Assembly: GCA_051294375.1 (NCBI GenBank)
Contig: CM119267.1
Location: 26,337,324-26,401,323 of the forward strand
Direction of reading: 5' to 3'
DNA from: Paraspadella gotoi
Taxonomy: Eukaryota; Animalia; Chaetognatha
Length of the DNA stretch: 64,000 nucleotides
Shown in pieces: positions 1 through 10,965 of this stretch. The translations under genes and the position numbers were made by a program. The notes below the pieces were generated by a model. The model saw only the letters and a program-made list of their open reading frames with translations, did no database searches and had not been told where the DNA came from. How positions within the stretch are numbered: the first letter of the stretch is position 1; the number at the start of each line of letters is the position of its first letter.

Positions 1-24
1 GTAATTTAGAATTTTGACTACGCT

Positions 25-545
25 ATGTCCGTCTGCCATCATCTCCTGCGTCGTCTCCTTTGTTGTCGTCGCCATAATGTCGTCTCCGTCGTCGTTTCCT
101 TCTGCGTCGTCTCCTTCTGCATCATCTCCATAGTCTCCTTTGTTGTATCCTTCATCGCCGCCTACGTTGTCTCTTTCATCGCCTTCTTCGTCGTCTCCTT
201 CGCTGTCGCCTTCTTCGTCGACGCCTTCGTCGTCTCCTTCGTCACCGCCGCCTTTGTCGTCTCCTTCGTCGTCTCCATCGCCGTCCTCGTTGTCGATTTG
301 GTCGCCGCCTTCGTCTCCTTCGTCGCCGCCTTCATAGCCGCCTTCTTCGTCATCTCCTTCGTCGCCATCTCTTTTGCATCGTCTTTGCGGTCGTCGCCGT
401 CTCCGTCGTCATCTCCGTCATCGTCTCCCTCGTCGTCGTCGCCCTCGTCGCCGCTTCGCCGTCTCCCTCGTCGCCGCCTTCGCCGTTGCCTTCGTCGTCG
501 CCTTCTTCGTCTCCTTTGTCTGCGTCGTCGCCTTCGTCGTCGACA
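25..545. repeat. GC-rich low-complexity tract built from degenerate CGT/CGC/CTT triplets
   Basis: Repeating gtcgtctccttcgtcgcc-like units. ORFs in several frames are low-complexity (V/S/F/A, S/P, T/K/A) with no recognisable domain. Confidence 0.6.
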
Positions 546-1236
546 GTTGAGAAACGAGCACAGGACTCATCCACAGGGAGTGGGTTCGAGGCGCGAAAAG
601 GGCGCCACTAACTGATGGGTAGGTCCATCATCTCTATCTCTCTGAGTAAAGTCAAAGGAAAAGTCCAAAAAATAGGCAAAAAAAGTATATTCTCTGAGAG
701 GGAGCTCGCGAGCTGAAGTAGAACCCAAGACAGAACTAAAATCTCTCTCTTTGCTCCTTCTGTCGTCGCTCGATGAGGAGGAAGGGAAAGGGAGGAAAAG
801 AGGCGGAAGGGGAAGAAGAAAAGGTGTCTCGAGCGAGAATGGGGAAGAGAAATGGGGGAATCCAGTGAAATATACTCATCCCTCTATCTGATTTGTTTTT
901 ATTTAAACCACAATCGTTGTTAAAAATCAAATCGTTTTTCCTTATAATTCCTATCACACAACGAACAAAAAGGATAAATCCAAAAACTTATTAATTTAAA
1001 TATACAATATAACCCGCGCGGAGAAAAACAGAGCAGTTGCCTTTGCTTTATAAAAATAAGCATTTCCTCAAAGTATTGCAAAACAGTTAATAAATCGGTT
1101 AAAACTAAGAAAAGTATTATTTGAATATTCATTCAAAATTTAAAAAATCCTTTGTTTTAGAGTAATGATTTTTAAAATTTTGTTCAGATACATGGTCCTA
1201 CCCCTGTCTGGGTTGGCAAAAACCTGGGTTTTTTTA

Positions 1237-2089
1237 AACAAGTTTGAGCAAACAATGTCGGATCTGCCTACGATAATTAATTAATTAATTAATTAATCCA
1301 TTAATTAATTAATTAATAATTTAATATGTAATAATTAATTTTAAATTTATATTCAACTTATCATCATCGATGTCCTTAAAATTGGGTTAGGACAGTTAAA
1401 ATATGTTTTGTTTTACATTTTTATCAAAACAAACAAATATCCTCTATTTTATTTTATGTCTCCTTCTCTCTCTCTCTCACTCTTCTCTCTCTCTCTCTCT
1501 CTCTTTTTCTGCAATTGCGACGATCTTTATGCTTTTCAGATTTTTTTAACTTGCATCATTTTTTCACATTAATTAATTAATTAAATCATTAATTAATTTA
1601 AACGTTTAGTAATCATTAATATTAAAGATTCAATAAATGTGACTTATGTTTTTTACATCTAAACTCATTTCCCCTTGGCACAATTTCTCAATACTTTATA
1701 TATTATTATATATTAATAAATATTTAAAAGCTTCAGTGCAACAACCCATGATGAACTAATTCAAAAAGTTATATTGAAAAATCGATTTAGTAGTAAAAGG
1801 AAAAAAAAATTTAAAGAGAACTAGAAGTTTATAAAAAGTGTTCAATTTTGGCCCGCCTACTAGATATTAGGCCTTACTAGATATATTGCATGTGATTAAA
1901 CATTGTTATCGGAATAATAATTATATCAATTTTATGTATTTTGTAAGTATTTTAAGTATTTTTATTCAGTGAGTAAAATAACAACTTTTTTATTCGCTAA
2001 TTTTTATCTCGGATCCTCTCTCCTTTCTATCTTCTCTCTCTCTCTCTCTCTCTTTTGCAAATTGCGACGATCCTTATGCTCATTTTACT

Positions 2090-2139
<50 letters not shown>

Positions 2140-4093
2140 GCAATTGCGACGAATCCTTATGCTTTTAGGATTTTTTAAACTTGTATCATTCTGCTTCAAG
2201 TAAAATGTGACTTAGGTTTTTCCATTTAAACTCATTTCCACTGGCAAAATTCCGTCAAAAACTTTATATCTCAGCTTTTTCACACACTTTCCTACCCGCT
2301 CACAAAATTTCATCTCAATCTATTAGGTGTTAAAATAAGTAAAAAGATTCAAGTAAATGTGACTCATATTTTTTCAATTTAAACTCATTTCACTCGTACG
2401 TTTCACCGAAACTTTTATATCAAGCATCGATACACATTTTTCTACCCACACAAAAAATTGGAAACTCAATCTATCCATCCAATTATGATTAATTAGGGGT
2501 ACTTTTGGTTAAAATAAGTAAAAAAGATTTTAGTAAATGCGACTTATGTTTTTCCACTTAAACTCATTCCACTCACACGATTCCGTCGAAACTTATATCC
2601 AGCTTTATCACACACTTTCCTACCACACACAAAATTTCATTTCCAATCCAACAGCCAATCACGAGTTATTGGAGTTTTTTGCTAAGGTGGGACGGAGGAC
2701 GGATTGATTGACTGATTAATTAATTATTGATTAATTAATTGACTAACTTAATTAATTAACTGATTAATTATTTGACTTATTAATACATCCTGCATATACA
2801 TTTAATATAAAAGGAAAAAGAAGCATAATATCAATTAGTTGAAACAGGTTTTTTGTTTTTTTCCATTTAAACTCATTTCCACTCAAAAGATTCCATCGAA
2901 ACTTGGTTTCCCTGTTCAATCACACACTTTTCTACTCACATACAAAATTCCGAGGTCAATCGATAATTAAGTGTAAATAAGCTATCTTGTCAACTTGCAT
3001 AATTTAATCAACTTGCATAATTTGGTCAACTGACATAATTTGGTTAACTGACATAATTTGATCTACTGACATGAATTTGGTCAACTGACATAATTTGGTC
3101 AACCTGAATAATTTGTATAATTAAGATAATGTTGGTCAACCGGCAATAAATTTGTTAACTGGCATAATTTAATCAACTTAGGCCCTAATTTGGTCAACCG
3201 GCATTAAATTTGGTCATACTGCAAACTTGATTAACTTGCAGGAATTTGGTCAACTGGCATAATTTGGTTCATATGTGCATCAATTTGTCCAATCAATCAA
3301 TCAATCCAATCAATCATCAATCAGAGAGAGAGAGAGAAACTTTAAGAAAAATTCAAATAAATGTGTCTTTTGTTTTCTAATTTGAACTCTTTTCCACTCC
3401 TTACGATTCCATCAAAAAAATTTTATCCAAGCGTTTAATCACAACTTTCTACCCACACAACCAAAATTCATATTTCGAATTTATCTATCCAATTTTTAAT
3501 AAACAAATAATTATGAGTAAATTTAAAGTAAAATCACTTCAAGTAAAATAATGATTTTGTTTTTTTCCATATTTTAATCATTTCCATCTCGCACGATTTC
3601 CATCGTAACTTATATATCCGGCTCAATCACACACTTTCCTACATCATACCAAAATTTCAAGAATCAATTGCACTATCCATCATGAGCAATTGGCGTTCAA
3701 AATAGTGCAATATATTTTTTTTGTTTTTTTCCAATTTAAACTCAATTTCACTCGCAACGATTCCCCTCGAAAGCTTCATATCCATCTCAATCACGACAGT
3801 TTCTCTACACCCACACACCCCTAAAAATTTCATTACGCAATCCATCCATCCATTCACGGGTAATTGGAGTTTTTTTGCTAAGGGCTGGACGAGACGGCAA
3901 CGGCGGAAACGGGACGGACGGACGACGCAGACAGACGGACTGACGGACAATCATTTTTTTGCATTAATTTATCAATAATTCGATGTTTCTGACATGACTA
4001 TAAGGTGTGCCCGACACAATTTGAGGGGCGGACCGACGGAGCCGAAAAAGTGAGTTATAGAGGTCGATCTGCTGATAAGCAGTATCCGACTAA
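1237..4093 (-). mobile_element. Composite Helentron-associated (HINE/DINE-1-like) non-autonomous element, family A
   Basis: One end is aacaa-GTTTG-ag-CAAAC (hairpin)-aat-GTCGGATCTGC. The other end is gtcgatctgc-tgataa-gcagtatccgac-taaaaa (inverted copy of the subterminal repeat forming a stem-loop). Internal (GTCY)n microsatellite at ~3885-3950; inserted in a T/A run. Confidence 0.6.
2985..3290 (-). repeat. Degenerate 18-bp tandem array (ggcataatttggtcaact)
   Basis: Reverse complement of the 20620-21045 unit; noisy copies. Confidence 0.8.
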
Positions 4094-4934
4094 AAAAACC
4101 CAGCCCACTGGGCTCTTTTGTTTTTCTTTGGGGTTTTATTGATTTTTTTGGATTTTTTTAAATTGTAGATAGCAGACTCTTATTAATTATTTTTAAGATA
4201 TAAATTTAAAGTATTTATACTTATTAAATGATTACTAATATAAAAATATACTAATTATATTTAATAATAGTATTAATTAATGAATATTTTTATGGTAAAA
4301 AGAAATCTAATAAATATAAATGTTAAATTTTCTGAATAAAACATGTTAAGAAAAAAGTGTAAAAACTTAATTTTATTAGAAAATAGTAATTAAATACTAA
4401 AAATAATTTGATATAAATATGCATCATTATTCATTAACATTTATATAAATTATTTATTCATTAAAATCAAAGAACATCATGTAGGTCTGTTGGGCTAAAA
4501 ATGATTTTTGATGTTCAGATTTAGGAAAAAACAGAATTAATTAATTTCAAACAACGATTTTTATTTGACATTTGGACATGTTTAGACTCATTGTATGAGC
4601 CTTCATAAGCGTTTGTTGATTCAAACAAATTTTCTTTTAACATTGAGTTAGAGAGAGAGAGAGAGAGAGAGAGAGATAAATCAAGCTTCCAACAAAGAGT
4701 GAGAAAAGGACAGTGGTCAAATTTGAGGACAGGTGAAGGTGAGGAGAGTAAAGAGGAGGAAAGTCGTTGAAATGTGAATGATAAAATTTTTTGAGAGAGA
4801 AAATAATTACATTTTTGTACAACAAATATAAAAAGAAACAAGTTTGAGCAAACAATGTCCGGATTTGCCTACAATAATTAAGCGGTAATCTGCTAATCAG
4901 ATGATAAATCTACAATATTTTTTAAATTTTTTTT

Positions 4935-5780
4935 TTAACTCGCATCATTTTTTTAACTCGCATCATTTTTTTCAACTCGCATCATTTTTTTCCACGCACA
5001 TAATTGTTCAACTCATCATTTTTTAAATTACATGATTTTTACAATTCGCAATCATTTTTTAACTCGCATCATATTTTCCGACCGCACAATAAATTTTTTC
5101 AACTCATCATTTTTCAAATATTACATGCATTTTTATACAATGCATAATTTTTTTTAACTTGCTCATAATTTCTTCAACTTGGCATAAATTTTTTCAACTT
5201 GCATCATTTGTTTCACTTGCATCATTTTTTCAACTTGCATAATTTCTTCAACTCATCTTTTGCATAATTTCTTCAACTGCATATTTTTTTCAACTGTTGC
5301 ATAATTTTTTTCAACTTGCATATATTTTTATCAACTTGCATAATTTTTTCAACTGCATAAATTTTCACTTGCACTCATTTGACGCAATCATCATTTTCAA
5401 CTTGCATAATTTTTTCTAACTTGCATCAATCTTTTGTTCAACTTGCATCATTTTTTCAACTTGCATAATTTTTTTCAACTTTGTGCATAATTTTTTCAAC
5501 TTGCATAATTTTTTTTCAACGCATAATTTTTTCAACTTGCATAATTTTTTAACTTGCTACTTTTAACTTGAAGATTTTTTCAACTTCCATAACTTTTTTC
5601 AACTGTCATAATTTTCTAATTGCTAATGTTTATTGATAAGTTTTCAATATATTTTCAAGCTTCATATTTAACTCTGCATATTTTCAACTGCAATTTCATT
5701 GTAATTTAACTGCATAATCAACTAAATTATTTAACTTAAATTTCTTATAATTTTTAATTGCATAATACATTGCATATTCT
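4935..5780 (+). repeat. Degenerate ~18-bp tandem array (tttttcaacttgcataat)
   Basis: Dozens of caacttgcataattttt units directly after a HINE-A end at 4837-4870. Confidence 0.8.
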
Positions 5781-7230
5781 TGCAATTACTTGACTAATTT
5801 TAACTGAAATTTACCGTTTCACTCAAATTTTTTAGAGACTTATTTATTATTTTAATTAAGATATATATTGTATAAAAGCAATAGTGGATGAGCCGTTAGA
5901 TAAAATGCATTGATAACCAAAGGATTGATGCGGCATGATAACCAAAGGATTGATGCGATGATAACCAAATGATGGATGCGATGATAATCATTCATTGATG
6001 CGAAAATCATTCTGTGAATATGATGATAGTACTCATTGATTGATTGATAATCATTCATTTGATACGTATGTAAGTCATTCATTGATGCGGTGATATCATT
6101 CCATTGAATGCATTGCTGTCATAGTCATTGACGCGACTGATTAATAGACGAGATGAGAGAGAGAGAGAGGAGAAGAGACAGAGACAGAGAGTTGATTGAG
6201 AGAGATAATATAGGAGAATAATAAAATATAATAGAAAGTTTTAGATGAAAAAAAATCCAACATAAAATCTCGGAAATAAATTTTGTGGTTGTATGAAGAT
6301 AAAAGTGCGTGATAAATAAAATTGTTTAAATTAAGACGTGTGATTAAGCTATCATTAACTTCCTATTTTTTCATGACATAAGACTGACAGTCTTTGTTAT
6401 CTAAGTTCAAAATGAGTGAAAAACCTTATTTTTTTGCATATATTTGAATGAGAGATTGTAATGATTGATTTGTACTGAAATGAAAAACTCGCTCGCTATA
6501 AAGCTAAATATTTTCACATATTATAACGGTCAATAAAATATAATCTCTTATTAACAAAATATATATTGTACAATAATCAGTTAACGACACTATGAAATTT
6601 TTGACTTCAAATAGTTTTTTTTAGCTTATAAAAAAAATTTTCATTTGCCTCACTTAAAGAAATTTTATATCTTGTAATTGAAATTTTACGATGTTATTAT
6701 TATTTATATTAATCCGCGCAATTGCCGGATATATAGCAAATATCGCCTACCTGTCACACAAGTTGATGTACATGTGACATTGCCTGCATTATAAGTTATT
6801 CTTCCCTTTTTCTAAAATGAATCCACGAAAATCTGGGATTTTGTATTGAGAAAAAAAATAAATGGCGATAATAAAAGTTTTTAGAAGGAAAAAAATAATA
6901 ATAATTTTTCAAAAAACGAACGATCGTACAGAGACAGAAAGACAGAGAGAGAGAGAGAGAGAAAGAGAGAGAAAAAGAAGCTAAACAGACGCTGCAGAGC
7001 CAGAACTCGTTTACTCGTGGCTGTAATCCCGCTTCGGGTGTTTTAGACAAGGATTTTGAAATTCGAATAACTATCATTTANNNNNNNNNNNNNNNNNNNN
7101 NNNNNNNNNNNNNNNNNNNNNNNNNNNNNNNNNNNNNNNNNNNNNNNNNNNNNNNNNNNNNNNNNNNNNNNNNNNNNNNNAAAAAAAAATAATACTAAGA
7201 AACATAACACCGTATGTTACCGAGACGTTA

Positions 7231-10200
7231 TCAGTTGTTGTTGTTGTTGTCAATTTCTTGTTGACGTAATACCTCTTTTAATACTGCCGCGTAAGTTGGG
7301 CGGTTATTATTGTTACTTGATTGTTTATTCGGTGTTGGTTTCGAACTTTTTTCGCACGTTGGCTCAGTTTTCTTCGTTTTTGTTTTTTCGTTGTTGTTGT
7401 TGTTCTTTGTGTTCGAAATCTGAGTTGTCTCGCGTGGAAGCTGCGGAGAAAGGGAAGGTACGGGCAAAAAGTGTAAAGACGTTGTTGGGGTAGAGGGGAG
7501 GGGGTTGGGGTTCAGGAGGAGAGATGGGGAAGGGGGGGAGTGAGGAGGAGGGGGAGGAGGAGGAAGAGGAGGAGGAGGAAGAGATTGCGCGGCGCGTCGA
7601 GTTGCAGATCGCGTTACTCGCGTTGTTGGTGCCGGATTGCGATTACGCGAGACGGGTGGACGGCCGGGTCGGCGACGTGTGTGGTGATGAGGTATGTCGT
7701 CGACCTCCTCAATTTCCTCGCTGATTCTCGCCGGTTTGACTCGTGCAATATTAACCGTTTCTCTTCCGATACTTGGAATTTCAACCGTCATGTTGAGTCC
7801 ATTTCGGCTGATAACGCGAAATGGGCCTTCGTAGGGTGGGACGAGAGGCGGATTCACTCCCGCTTTTCTGATGAAGACGTGTTTGGCATTCTCGAGGTCA
7901 GTAGGGATGTGAATGGTTGGTTGCTGGTGAGCTGAAGTGGGTGTCGGTTGTAGTCTCGCGACTTCGACTCGAAGTTTTGCAAGTTGCCTCTTTCGTTGTT
8001 GCTGCAGTGCCTCGTCATCGTGCTGCGGATCATCGAGGATGCACCCGGGGATGGTGATCCCTTCGCCGAATACAAGATCGGCTGCTGAGGCGCCTAAATC
8101 CTCTTTTATGGTTGTCCGGATGGCGAGTAGAGTGAGAGGCAGCTTCCAATACCATTTATCGCGTTCGTGGTGGCCGAGGGCGATGAGTGACTCTTTAAGT
8201 CGACGATGAAAGCGTTCGACCAGGCCATTCGCCTGCGGGTGGTAGGCTGTCGTTGTTTGACATTTGACTCCCCATTGTTGAGTCAGTTGGCGCCACAATG
8301 CTGACGTAAATTGCGCCCCTCTGTCTGTGGTTATCACAGACGGCGTGCCAAACACACTGATCCATTGATGGCTAAGGGCGTCAAGGATGGTGGAGGTCAG
8401 AGTGTCGACGATGGGGATTGCGGTTGGCCATCTTGAAAAGCGATCGACTATTGTTAATAGATAGGTGTAGCCGTTAGACTTCGGCATTTTCACCAAATCT
8501 AAATTTACGTGTTGGAATCGTCTTGGTGGCACTTTGAAGTCTCCGATTTGTGGCACTGTGTGGCGGGCTACCTTTGCGCGTTGACAGTCCAAGCATTCTC
8601 TTGCCCAGCGCGTGACGTCCTGCCGCATATTTGTCCAAACAAATTTGGCGGCGACGGCTTTTCGAGTGGCCTCGACTCCGGGATGTCCGAGGCCGTGTAT
8701 AACGTCAAAGACTCGTCGACGCCATGACGCGGGCACGAAAGGCCTCGCTGGGCCGTTTGAAACGTCGGCCAGAAGCTGATGGTCGCCGACTTGGATTCGC
8801 CTGAATGAGAGGCCGGATCTCGCGTCTTCTGAGATTTTCTGGTAATCCGGATCTAAGATTTGCTCTTGTGCCATTCGTTCAAAATCGATCTCGAAGTTTG
8901 TGAGTGACGCTATTAGTGCTTGTGCGTCTTCTAATCGATTCGGCTTCACCGCTTTTTCCGTTGACTTTGTTTGTGGAGCCGTTAGAGCTGTTGACGACAT
9001 TTCCAAGGGTGCCGAAAGTGTCGATGATGCTGATGCGGCTGTCGAGGACTGCGATGACGTCGATGGTGCTGTTGTTGACATCGATGGCGCTATCGAGACT
9101 GCTGTTGACGCTGACGGTTTCGTCGGAGCTGGAGTAGCGTTTGGCCGCGATAGGGCATCTGCCACTACGTTTGCCTTGCCCTTTAAATATCTGATGTCCG
9201 TCGTAAACTCTGCAATGACTGAGAGTTGGTAGGATTGACGGACGGTGTTGGGTTCGGCCTTCTTTTTTATCGCGGCGACTAGGCTCTGATGATCCGTATA
9301 GAGCGTGAATGCTCGTCCTTCGACCCAGTGCCTAAAGTGTCGAACTGCTCGAAATGCCCCGAACAGCTCCTTGTCAAAAGGTGGCCATAACTTTTGATTT
9401 TTGGCGAGCTTGGTCGAAAAAAATGCCAGAGGCTCCCATCCTTTTGGTCCACGCTGTTCGAGCACTGCTCCGACTGCTTGATCTGAGGCATCTGTCGTGA
9501 TACAGAGTTTCGCTCCTGTCCTTGGGTGGTGTAGCAGAGCCGCCTGGATCAGGCCCTCTTTGATGGCTTCAAAGGCGTGCTCGCAATCGTCCGTCCAGTT
9601 GAGCGTTTTCGGCTTTCCACTGAGGGCTTCGTACAGCGGTGCACAACGATGTGCTACTCTCGGTATAAACCGCCGATAATAGTTTATCATTCCGAGAAAA
9701 CGTTGTAGCTCCTTGATCGTTGTAGGGCGTGTCGTTTCTTGCAATGTTTGCACCCGCTCTGGAAGAGGTCTGACGCCGTTTTTGTCGACCAAGAATCCGA
9801 GAAATTCCAGCGATTCTTGGCCGAGCAAGCACTTCTTGGTATTAACTACCAGGCCATTCGCGTCGAGAGCCTTGAACACGTTTTCGAGGTCCTGGAGATG
9901 TTCTTCCGGTGATGAAGACGCCACTAATATATCATCGAGATATACAAACGTGTGTGGTATGTCCCCGAGTATTTCGTCCATTAGCCTCTGAAAGTCCTGA
10001 CCTGCATTTTTGAGGCCAAATGGACATCGGGGAAACACGTATAGGCCAAATGGAGTAATGACTGCTGTCTTTTTGACGTCATCGGAGTTTACAGGGATTT
10101 GATGATACCCTTTTAACAAGTCAATTTTGGAAAAAATAGTTTTCCCCTCCAGCTGCGAATTAAAATCCGTTAGGAGCTTGACCGGGTACTTGTCATCTAC

Positions 10201-10965
10201 TGTTTGGGCGTTAAGACGCCTGTAGTCCCCACAGCAACGCCACCCGCCGTCCGGTTTGCTGACGACGTGGAGTGGCGATGACCATTCAGATTTACCTCTT
10301 TTCGCTATGCCCATAGAAACCATCTTTTCGAGTTCGCGCTTCGCGACCGCCAACTTCTCGGGGTCGAGACGGCGAGCTCTCGATTGGCAGGGTCGCCCTT
10401 CCGTGGGAATCGAGTGCGTAACTCCGTGTTTGGGCTCTTTTAATTCAAACGTTGGAGTGGATAGAGAGGGAAATGACTCAAGGAGTTTGTAGAATTTTTC
10501 TCCTTGTCTGTCCACGAAATTGACGTGTGACGTTGCCTCGGTTGTTGTTGACGCCGTTGAAGCCGCAATCGTTGAGTAATCGCGGAGATCCAGCAATAAT
10601 CCGTCGCGATGATTTGGCGCGAGAAAATTTTCGGCCAAGAAGTCTGCGCCTAGGATGTATTGTTTCACGTCAGCCACAACAAACTTGTAATGAAATTGTC
10701 TGTTTCCCAGTTGGACTGTTTTGTCCATCGTCCCGTAGCAGCAGATTGACGATCCGTTCGCCGCTTGAAGTTTCATCTTCGGGTCGGGGCCGCGTTGACG
10801 TTGCTGCTGGGTTGGCGGTACGATTGACAAGAGTGCGCCTCCATCCACTAACCACTTTGTGCGATCCTTGGCGTCGCGAATATACAAGAGGTCGTTGAGC
10901 GCCGGTGATCGGGTTGACGCTTGGGGGACGGCGTTCACCGCCGGCGTCCCCCTCTGGCGTTTCCC
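7231..10965 (-). CDS. pol: Gypsy Pol polyprotein (protease, RT, RNase H, integrase), entered by -1 frameshift
   Basis: Protease LVDGGA...ILGADFL; RT DYRRLN, KIDLLKGYHQI, CPFGLKNA, YLDD; RNase H TTDASD...DKEL...TDH...ADALSR; integrase HGLGH...CLDC, VDRFSRW, TDRG, ERFHR, PPYEGPF. No internal stops. True entry is the slippery site, not the ORF-track start at 11013. Confidence 0.97.
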   Translation of the reverse strand, partial: GKRQRGTPAVNAVPQASTRSPALNDLLYIRDAKDRTKWLVDGGALLSIVPPTQQQRQRGPDPKMKLQAANGSSICCYGTMDKTVQLGNRQFHYKFVVADVKQYILGADFLAENFLAPNHRDGLLLDLRDYSTIAASTASTTTEATSHVNFVDRQGEKFYKLLESFPSLSTPTFELKEPKHGVTHSIPTEGRPCQSRARRLDPEKLAVAKRELEKMVSMGIAKRGKSEWSSPLHVVSKPDGGWRCCGDYRRLNAQTVDDKYPVKLLTDFNSQLEGKTIFSKIDLLKGYHQIPVNSDDVKKTAVITPFGLYVFPRCPFGLKNAGQDFQRLMDEILGDIPHTFVYLDDILVASSSPEEHLQDLENVFKALDANGLVVNTKKCLLGQESLEFLGFLVDKNGVRPLPERVQTLQETTRPTTIKELQRFLGMINYYRRFIPRVAHRCAPLYEALSGKPKTLNWTDDCEHAFEAIKEGLIQAALLHHPRTGAKLCITTDASDQAVGAVLEQRGPKGWEPLAFFSTKLAKNQKLWPPFDKELFGAFRAVRHFRHWVEGRAFTLYTDHQSLVAAIKKKAEPNTVRQSYQLSVIAEFTTDIRYLKGKANVVADALSRPNATPAPTKPSASTAVSIAPSMSTTAPSTSSQSSTAASASSTLSAPLEMSSTALTAPQTKSTEKAVKPNRLEDAQALIASLTNFEIDFERMAQEQILDPDYQKISEDARSGLSFRRIQVGDHQLLADVSNGPARPFVPASWRRRVFDVIHGLGHPGVEATRKAVAAKFVWTNMRQDVTRWARECLDCQRAKVARHTVPQIGDFKVPPRRFQHVNLDLVKMPKSNGYTYLLTIVDRFSRWPTAIPIVDTLTSTILDALSHQWISVFGTPSVITTDRGAQFTSALWRQLTQQWGVKCQTTTAYHPQANGLVERFHRRLKESLIALGHHERDKWYWKLPLTLLAIRTTIKEDLGASAADLVFGEGITIPGCILDDPQHDDEALQQQRKRQLAKLRVEVARLQPTPTSAHQQPTIHIPTDLENAKHVFIRKAGVNPPLVPPYEGPFRVISRNGLNMTVEIPSIGRETVNIARVKPARISEEIEEVDDIPHHHTRRRPGRPPVSRNRNPAPTTRVTRSATRRAAQSLPPPPLPPPPPPPHSPPSPSLLLNPNPLPSTPTTSLHFLPVPSLSPQLPRETTQISNTKNNNNNEKTKTKKTEPTCEKSSKPTPNKQSSNNNNRPTYAAVLKEVLRQQEIDNNNNN
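10923..10965 (-). promoter_or_regulatory. -1 programmed ribosomal frameshift signal
   Basis: G GGA AAC heptamer in the gag frame (10965-10959), 6-nt spacer, then GGGGGACG...CGTCCCCC stem (10952-10923). Confidence 0.85.

Larger units (their letters stand above)
1208..4520 (+). mobile_element. Non-autonomous hAT-type element (same family as 24664-25988), split by a nested Helentron-like insertion
   Basis: Begins ctgggttggcaaaaacctgggtttttt at 1208 and resumes at ~4093 (aaaaaaacccagcccac...), colinear with 24664-25140. Right end not identified. Confidence 0.7.

Noticed and set aside
25-615. 196-aa hydrophobic ORF suggesting a membrane protein
   Set aside because: Triplet low-complexity DNA open in most frames; no recognisable domain. 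Cannot be fully excluded.
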